The translations under genes were made by a program, and so were the position numbers. Source: Saccostrea cucullata (taxonomy: Eukaryota). From it: a DNA stretch of 64,000 nt. The stretch covers positions 62,001 through 126,000 of the forward strand of contig NW_026925650.1 in assembly GCF_032062105.1 (NCBI RefSeq), read 5' to 3'. Positions 54,574 through 64,000 of this stretch are shown piece after piece. The notes under the pieces are model-generated. The model was not told where the DNA came from and did not search any database. It saw nothing but the letters and a program-made list of their open reading frames with translations. Each line of letters opens with the position of its first letter. Positions within the stretch are counted from its first letter, which is position 1.

Positions 54574-56426
54574 AATGACCTTCGATGCGTCCGTGTCAAG
54601 GACAAATGGTGCAGTGACATTTGATTTTTCGAAAAACGATTGATTTTAGATTTTTTGTGTTTTTGTTTTCTTTACAATGGTAAGGATGTTAATATTTAGC
54701 TTATTTAATAAATGGTTATATTTCTCGAGCATGCAAAATCGAGGTTAAAGAATTTTGTATAAACTCTTACAAAACAATTAAAATTTTACAGAGCAGACAC
54801 ATGAACAATTTCATTGTTTTAAATAATTTAAGCTTGTAGAATGTTTACATGTGCATATATATCGAAACAGTTTATGATTATTTAAATATCATTATTAAAT
54901 GAGAAGAATTCATTTTAAGGTTTAAACCACACCTGTTTTGGAGTGTAAGCTCAAAGATTTATTTATTACTATACAAATGTTTTCAATAATACTTTACGTC
55001 ATTATGATCGTATATTCCAAATTCCAAAGGTGGGTGCTTTTCTAAAACCTATGTATACCACTATGATACCAGTTACAAAGTAAAAGCAACATAGAAGGAA
55101 AAGAATATTGTTAATTAATGGGACTTGATACTAAAAAAAATTCTTCAGTTAGTAATTCCTCTTAATGATAAAAATAGCCTATTCAAAAATCCAGGTTGTA
55201 GATTATTCATTAGTTTCCAACTTGAATATAAATTTGTAAATAAGTAATCGTAAAATCATCCTGTTTCATGGTTTAAAAAATGGATAACTAGATGGGCAGG
55301 GAAATGGGGTTGTTTTTCTTAAATTGTGTTTACCTGCTCGGACTGACGCTCTCTGGCAATAACGCTCACATGGGCCGCATTCTTGTTACAAGAACCATAA
55401 CTTCTGCACGGCGTATGAAAGCTAGTATAGGAAAATATAATCTTATACACAGTCTTTAGATAATCATTATTTTTTCCCAAAGACTAACATGCCTTTCTTA
55501 TTATCAATTGTACATGTACGTGGTCACGAGGTCGTAATTTAAATTCTTACATGAAAATGTTAAGTTTTCAAAACGTTATAAGCATAACATGTGAAAAACT
55601 GGTATCTTGTAAAAAAAAAATATCTGATGTTTATCAAGGTCTATTCAATTTTCTCAGATTTAGAAAATAAAATTAAGTGTCAATAGATGGCGCCAATGTC
55701 AAGTAGAATCCTTTGAGATCAATGAAACCGATGGCGACATCTGTCAATTGCATTTAACGTCAAAAGCGACCTCTACCGGAACAACTTAACGAGTGCAATC
55801 GAGATTAAATTTGTCTTCCTTGAATGCATTGATTTATATATTTAAACAAACGACAACATTAAGAAGTATATAAAATAGGAAGGGAAAAGAAAAAGTCACA
55901 AATCGCTAGTTCTGCTATCTAGACCGCGTCGGTTCGAGACCGCGGTACTATCAGCCTAGCCCCGCCCAGATCACCGAGAGAAGAACAGCGCACAATGCCC
56001 CGGCTGTGATGGCTTTTGACGTCTTTCTAATTGGGGAGATGGTTATTATATCCATATTGTATGTTTGCTGTCTCTTAGGATCAAATTGCCAGCTAAACTT
56101 CAAGCAATAAGACGTTTCCTCTTAAAGAAACCCAAATTTGAGAACGGAGTTGAGGTTCATTTATAAGACTTAACCGTCACGCAAAACCAAATTACATCCT
56201 GGTGGCATACTTATTAATTCGATTTAAGGACTACTTTGTTTAAAAAGTCCTTTTGTTTTATTAGAATTAATCAAAATGATCGAATTGGAGGCTCGACTTT
56301 GGCTCGGATTTTCCCTGTGAAATCCATGAATGCTTATAATAAGCCGACTTGACACGAAAACTTTTAGGAAATATAAATAGTATTAGCATGTGCTAGAACA
56401 GTTTCTATAGAGTTCCAGGGATAATA

Positions 56427-59400
56427 ATGTTGCCAACTCATTTTCCGGGACAAGCAAGTCTAGCTGGGTTCCATAGCATTGATGCTCTTTTAGGAATTCG
56501 CGAGGAAATGCGAGAGAATTACAGCATGTGTTCTCACCCTGGACAAAAACACGTGCAGGGAAATTCCAGAGTTCAGTCAACTTCATCTGATGCAGGTAAG
56601 TTTTTTTCATGTAGATAATTTTACTTATATTAAATGTACATCAAAATTCGTGAGATTATGATAATCTTTTTTAAAAATATCAATTGATATCAAGGATGCA
56701 TTGATTGAATTATTTTATCTGAATACAGTTTAATTATGCATTGGCCCCAAATTGACGTTAAAATAAAATGAAAAGCAACAATTTTCTAATTCAATGTTGT
56801 TCAGGGAAAAATACACAAGATAAGAATTAAATAACTGACAGTAAAATAAAAACTGATAAAAATTATGTATGAAATTAAAACTAAGATTAAAGTTGGCTGC
56901 ATGTAAAAAAAAACAAACAAACAAACAAACAAACCTAAATCAGAAAAAGATGGGGAAAAAATAATTACTAGTTTTTCTTATACGAAGAAGCTTGGAAACC
57001 CAAATCGGTAGATATATTTTTATCAGATGTACATATATTTATTTATCATTGTCTTTTATCAAAATAATCAATTTGAATCCTTATTATATAAATGAAATGA
57101 TGTGTGTTTCGGGAAACCTGAAATAAATTATATAAATGTTTGTACCTTACTTAAATACACAAAAGTAATTAAAAAATCAGGAAGACTTCTTGTTAAAATT
57201 AGATATTGTAATTGTAAGTAAAGTTCAATGTACACATATTTAGAATGTTTTGGCTACCAACTACATATTTCTTTGTGTATGGTCATTTGTTATAATATTT
57301 TTTGTACAAATTAAAACAATGAAATAGTGAGTCTCGCACGAAATATAACATCAGAAATATTTTTTGAGAATTTAAGATACTCTCTCTAAGTTAATTAGCG
57401 TTATAAAATAATAATAAAATTCATGTATGGTTATTTAACAACAAAATCGATGGATTCGGCATTGGTCCTTTCAAAAGAATGAGAATTTTAGATAAAAATC
57501 TATATATAATCTAACTTAGAAATATTATATTAAGAAACATGTCTATTACAATGCTTAAAAAGTAATCTAGAATGGTGTTTTCATAACCTATAGTTTAACA
57601 CCGCAATACTAATTTCAGATCCTTGGGAAAGAAATGTTCCCACATGTACGATTCAATTTCAAATTATGTAAAAAGTTTTGAAAACGGAAAAAAGGCTGTA
57701 TTTGAGAATAAAATTTTATTGCAGTCGCTCATTTCTTTGTTCAATTAGGGTGTTTGTGTTTTTAATGAAGAAAACTACCTAATTGTGTTAATTCATTTTG
57801 TAAGTTTTGCTCAAAGTTAAATTGATTTTTGTTTGAAGTTTATTTATAATATATAACTCTAACATGTAGTTTCAAATAAGTAAATTGACTTAAACTTGTG
57901 CACCACAAACTGCAATAGTTATTGCCGAAAAGAAATACACTAAAAAGTTAAAAACACACAAAAAAATATTGAAAATAATAAAATAATGAAACCACAAACA
58001 CAACGGCAAAATACGAATGTAACTACCAGGCACAGTCTTTATAATTAACTCTCCTTAAAGTTAACAAAATATTTTGTATTTATTATGAATTTAAACGGAA
58101 TATTCTTAAGAGAGAGACTTAAGATTATGTGTCCTTCAATTAAAAATTCAAATTTCAATTAAAATTTCACTATACATATAATCAAACTTTACATTTCACT
58201 TTGAGTAATCCAAGATGAACCCGATAGAAAAATGTCAATTAAGGAAGCTATAAGATTCCTCTTAATAAATATATGCCAAAAAGAGGCTCGTCAAACCTAA
58301 TTAAAGTTTTTATCTTGTTAAACTGAAATCAAAGGCGCGTTTGTATCGAAGGTATTAAACTTAAATGACACCACCATTGCATTGAGAAAATTATAATTTT
58401 TTGAAGAGAGAAACGAGACACCGACATCGTAATGCGCTGTCACATCTCAATTCAATAGCAACCTCGTTAGCGGCTGGAGAGCGCGGCGCGGCGCAACACG
58501 GGCGACAGTTTGAAAACTAAGGATGTCGCCTGCAAGTTAAAGAAATCCCGGGTGTTAAATATCTTCTTATTTCCCCATTCTTCTTTAAACGGCGCCCATT
58601 TACAGTTATTGAGCTGTGAAATTTGTATGTGTATTTTGTGGAAAATAAACTTAATTCAATTATAAAATCTCGCCTAATGATATATTTTGAGGCATTTGGT
58701 GGCGCGGGTTCTTTTGTTAGATGTAATTTGAGAGGGGTGTCGAAAAGATAAATGTCAAATTTTATCATTTGTTACCTCGGGTCTATTAAAGATTGTATCA
58801 AGCTTTACAACTCATTCGACGTGTCATTTTGGCTCTTCTCTGTCAAAAACATTCTCTGAAGTTTGCATCGTTGATTTTCAATTTATTTGAGGTGGGTTTA
58901 AGCAAATATTTTGCACAAAAGAAAACAAAAATATAAATCACACGCTCAAGCAAATTTATCTATTTCCCAAATGTAATGCAGGTATATATGGATCAAAAGC
59001 TAGATTAAACTCTCGTATAAAGACCGTCAATATTTCCGTCTTCGAATTTATTTGTCTTTGATATCTGTGATGATTGTGCTATAATTTAATCTAGGAAACG
59101 ACATGAAGCTGCAAAGAAATATTGAAGGAAGAAAATCCGGGAAGTTGGAAAGAAATTCGGACCCCCGCAAGAAAACAAGGCGAAACCGCACGACGTTTAC
59201 AACATATCAATTACACGAGCTGGAAAGAGCGTTCGAAAAGTCGCATTACCCGGATGTATACAGTCGAGAGGAACTGGCCATGAAAATAGATCTCCCGGAA
59301 GTCCGAGTACAGGTATGTTTAGAGATTTATTGAATATTTTACACTTGGAAAACTAATCATGAATATGAGTGATATTATTAAGTTTTAACATGATAATTAT

Positions 59401-60856
59401 GCTACTCTAAAAAGTCCACGAAATACTTTTTGTTTCGTTCTGGGTTTTTATATCATATTTTGACATTTGGTGTTTTTTTCGGTCTTTTATTTTATTCATG
59501 GCATATTTTTCTCCATTTGCATCCTTTTCTGCTTGTGTTTGAAAACAAATGACCATACCGTTATGAATTAATATATAGTGTTTTAGTTTGATTATATGTA
59601 CAAAGTTTGGTCTGATGAATGATAAAACATCCTAACCCCAAGTAATGTATGTAATCGACTTTTATCTTTAAAAAAAAAGATTGATTAGAATTGTTTAAGA
59701 CTAGTTCATTAGCTCGATTCATTACAGTTTATACATTTTGTCAATAGCTATCCTCTGTGACAGAAGGGTCTTTCATATGACTTGGGGTAACCTCGTTGTG
59801 CTAACAAGGTTTATAGGAAAGATATCAATGGAGAGATGTTAGACTTGATCCATTCTATTGCAGCTCTTAGCCCCGGTAATTGACTTAGCATGGGATCAGC
59901 TCACTTTGTACTTCAGTGTCCGATACAGAGGGACAGCTGGCCGTGTGACAGAGATAATCCGGACTCAACTATAGGCCGTCCCCACTAACAAGTTAATGGC
60001 TCAAAAGTAACCCTCAATTATGCACATGAATGAACTCCGAATCGAGTAAAGAAAGGCGACGAGTGTTTTTAATTGCATCCAAGAGTTTTTCGATGGGGGG
60101 GATTTTTAAACCAATCTTTTCTCTGTCTGCATAGCTTTAGGGTACGTCACGCGGCGCGCCCCGCCCCCTCCTTGTTCGCCCCCGATTCGATATTGTATCT
60201 ACTGATTCTAAATCAAACAGAATCGTTTTTACTGACGTCTGTAGTATTTGGTGTCTTTGTTCCTCTGTCTTTTAGCGTGTTATTCAATTAACTGGATATT
60301 TCTATCAAACGAGGGGTCCACTTTCACGAAATATGTCGTCAAGTTTTTGAGAAATTTAAATAGAATAAAAACAGACCTCTACTGCAATTGAAAATTATAA
60401 GTATATATAATATGTATTTTTTCAATAATATTTAATTCTAAATCTCAGGTGTGGTTTCAAAATAGACGGGCTAAATGGCGGCGTCAAGACAAGCTGGAAA
60501 ATTCAACGCTGAGGATCAATGAAGACTTCAGTTCTGGGCTGGTTCCACGAAAACCTCCAGGTGCCTTCGGATCACCCTTACCTCTCGATCCATGGCTTAC
60601 GCCGTCTATGAAAAACGCCGAGTCATCCAGTGTGACGTCAATTGCGCCAGACACTTGTTTGACATCATACCCCAATCTGTTTCCTTCTCCATATGCACAT
60701 TCTAGCAATGGTATGGGTAATACATACCGAGGATTCACGGGAGTTTTTGGAGGCTGTCCGAAAATAACAGACTTTGATCCCCGAAATTCTAGCTTAATAG
60801 CGTGCTTAAGAATGAAGGCAAAAGAACATGTGCATAGTGTTGATAAAAAGTACTGA
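56427..60856 (+). CDS. Rx: Retinal homeobox protein Rx (264 aa, 3 exons)
   Basis: Exons 56427-56595, 59095-59312, 60449-60856 in phase. Octapeptide HSIDALLG; homeodomain [45 protein letters not shown]|[12 protein letters not shown] with the conserved PRD-class intron; LPLDPWL motif; OAR-like [16 protein letters not shown]. Confidence 0.95.
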
Positions 60857-61440
60857 GATTTGCTGTTTGCATGGTATTACATGAGCAATTCTAAATATGA
60901 AATGTATACATCGTCAAATTTTTTTCAATAAAAAAAATCATATTTCATATCCAAATGCAGTAAGACATGGTTGTAATGAACATCTTATACATGTATGACG
61001 CTTAGTGCGAAGTGATTTTCATTCCCCTTGAATTCAAACAAAATGTAATGTGAGATTAACGGATATAACGAATTACCTGTATAACGAAGCAAAACCGTCT
61101 GTCCGTTGCACTTCATTATAAGCGTGTTTTACTGTATTTTCTGTCTGCACACAAACAAATTAAAAGTACCTAAAGCATAAAATATCAATACACGTACATT
61201 TTTAAAATGGCGAAAATATCATGAAACGTTCCATTTTTTTTTCATATTCCGTCTTTTTTCCATTTATTAATAAAACAAAGTGGGATAGTCAAATAGGAGA
61301 AACCTTTAGTTACATGTATTCATAGTATTGTGTTATGTATTTTTGATAGTAAAGCATCATCATTTGATTATAATATCTTCAGTTCATATTGTTTTAGTTT
61401 TAAAAGTATGAATTCATCAATGTACATATATTGTGTAGTA

Positions 61441-61563
61441 CAGTAAAACTCGTATAGTAAAAATACGGATATTACGAATTCAAGGTTATAGCGAAGTTAT
61501 CTTGGATCCCCAGGTAAGTAATTTCATAGGTCCTAGTGACTTCGTTATAACCGAGGTTTACTG
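61441..61563. mobile_element. pogo/Tigger-like MITE (TA TSD); related half copy at about 61055-61136
   Basis: TA|CAGTAAAACTCG ... CGAGGTTTACTG|TA. Confidence 0.8.
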
Positions 61564-62589
61564 TACCTCATTTAGGCAGCTAGATGATGCTTCTGTTCTG
61601 TCGTTTCTTTTTAAATGTATAATTCATTATTGTTTCTAAACCCCCATGTTCGAAATTTGGTCCAGATGAGCAAATATGACTGGAAAACATAACGTTTTTA
61701 ATCGATTTTCTGGGAGGTTCCCACATTTTTTGTGCAGTGTATTATTAGAACTATCATACTAGGACATGGGGAAAAGATATGTTGCATTAAAAATTCAGAA
61801 TTTACCAATTTCTTTTTCTTAAGTTTTATTCAGTGTGAAACATGTACAAAATTTGTAATTGTAATTCATGAATATTATATTTTTTTAAAATAATTACCCT
61901 GAAGTTAACTGAAGTCAATTTGTTCTTACAAGAAAATTAATTCATTTATCACTTCCTACATGTATATGCGTTCATTTTCATTGATTAAACTAAATACATA
62001 TTTCATTTTAATTGACAAGCACATTTAAAAGTCGTGGTCAAGATCAGATTTTCTTTTTTACAGTGGGTCAAAGTTGTTTTTAGGAGGGTCACACTTCAAT
62101 GTCAAAGGGTCAACATTGATAGTACCCAGGGGAAGGTACTGGCACAAGAAATACACATGTGAAATATAGAAACCCCAGCACGAAATGTTAAGAAGTTATG
62201 ACCAAGATTACTTTTCTTTCAAAAGCAGGTCAAACCCCAAGTTTTTTTTTCAAAAACTTAATAAATCTTTGACCGTAATTCCTGCATCAGGACGTATTGC
62301 TTCAATGATAATTGCATAACTTTTTTGATATTATGAGCAAACAAGACAGTTGCAATATGCGACTGTGCAAAACCATTGCCCTTCCGAAAGTAAGATACAT
62401 GTAACAAAAACGGAAAATCACAATTTTCTCAACTCACATGTTCGCATTGTGACGGAGGGTGCAATTTCAATAATTTTTATTTGTGATTTTCTGTATTTTT
62501 TCGGACGCTTGTGAATAAGGGTCGTATGGAGATAACGAACCGTTATCAAGGTCAAAAGTTCATTGAAAAAAAAATGCAAATAAAGACCA

Positions 62590-62960
62590 AAGCAAACAGT
62601 GACCTCTAAAAATACCAGAGGTGGGATTAGGTGCAATGAAGAAATAAACATCCCCTTCCAGCCGGTTACACTCGCCGTGCGCTTCTTGTCATGATTGGGA
62701 AAAAAAAGAAAAATCTGTTCAGTGTGTAGAAAATGGCCTAAAAATAAGAATTAAAAACGTAAATCATTATTCGACTAAATGATAGATTGTATTTGTTTAC
62801 TATGTCATTGTATCGAACATATAGAACTTGCAAACTGGTGACTTTATACGAGTCTGTTTATATTCTTGTTTCATCAACCTTTTTGTCAATAGCTTGTCCC
62901 GCATTTCTCCTACAAGTAAGAGCTAAAAACTGGAAGGCCATATCTCGGAAACTAGAGATG
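62590..62960. repeat. Decayed interspersed repeat (possibly retroelement-derived terminal repeat)
   Basis: gacctcta...agaggt.ggat.aggtgc...ccggt.acac.cgccgtg motif that I recall as a common oyster repeat; not verifiable here. Confidence 0.4.
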
Positions 62961-64000
62961 GTACCATCACTATTTTTTCATAGAGGTGGTATCTGACCCC
63001 TAGTACCCCACCCTCAAAATTTCAGACCACACAGCTAAATCTAAAATTTTGAATTGCGAATTGCGTTCTAGAACGCAGTTCACTTTTGAATTGCGAATAG
63101 CGAACTGCGAACTGCGTTCTAAAATCTGAACGCCGCCTCGGTTAACGTCCCTACGCTCCTTATATACGTTACGCGGCGCCAAGTCAAAAGTATCTCGCCG
63201 TGAACCTCTAGCATGCTGGAGTAGTCTCGCATATATATTAGAAACTGCAAGATGTTCTTTTGAAGTTAAAAGGTCAACTGTACAAAAGTTTTAGCCAAGA
63301 TTAACATTAAGTAATTTGAAATTTTTTTCCAAACCCCAAGGTCACTGTCAAAAAGTAAAATATGTTGGTGTCCAAGAAAGGTCTTGTCGCAAAAAATACA
63401 CATGAATTTTGAAACCTGAAATCCATGAAAGTTGAAAGTTTTTTGGCAAACAGACAACGGACAGACGGATATAAGAAAGGAGTGTTTTTCCATTCCTGTG
63501 AAACATTCTTTTTGCTAGCGCTGAGCCCCAGTCATTATCTGAGTGATTGTTCTAAACAAAGACAAGGGAGGTTTTATTTACGTCTAAGCCAAGATGGACT
63601 CTACACGTGTATTTTCAAGACCTCACCACAGTAAAAATATATTCTATATGCTCTCAATCATGACAATGTAGGCAAACCAAGAAATTCCATAATTACAAGA
63701 ATTTACACTAAAAATGACAAAAAAATCCATTATTATGAAAAGAAATTCTGTGTATGGCTTTTAACCCAACAGTTCTTGACAAAGATGACCCAAAGGGCCA
63801 AGCCACTTCACATCTTCTCATTTGGAACTCTCTGGAAACTCCAATGGGTCAACACAAAAACTTCACCCCCCCCCCCCCCCGTTCGTTTCTTTACCTAGTG
63901 TCTGTAAAATACATTTTCACAAAAAATATAACTTTATCACACCAAGCCTCGATAAACATTAAACAAATTCAGCAAAGTAAATCTCTTGATCACGGACCAT

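Overview
AT-rich, intron-containing animal genomic DNA; the repeat families look like those of a bivalve, probably an oyster (inference). I reconstructed eight genes by hand, seven of them spliced, from GT-AG junctions and reading phase. In order: (1) a hillarin/KY-type transglutaminase-like gene running off the left edge; (2) a complete 9-exon plant-type diaminopimelate decarboxylase (lysA), unusual in an animal; (3) a 2xCUB type-I membrane protein; (4) a TMEM221/Jiraiya-like 4-TM protein; (5) a raftlin-like lipid-anchored protein; (6, 7) a head-to-head pair of paralogous secreted coiled-coil proteins with an angiopoietin-like Cys N-terminal motif but no globular head; (8) an Rx homeobox gene. 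The 14-45 kb region is dominated by non-autonomous elements. These include Helentron/HINE-type elements with internal satellite arrays, a 6.16-kb TTAA-flanked Kolobok-like element with further nested elements, a foldback-like element built from palindromic minisatellites, and several MITEs. The best candidate for an undescribed system is the divergently transcribed coiled-coil pair (47987-54573), whose helical register is conserved without gaps. The spliced plant-type lysA with a two-exon insert is the second candidate. All family assignments come from motif recognition, not database searches.
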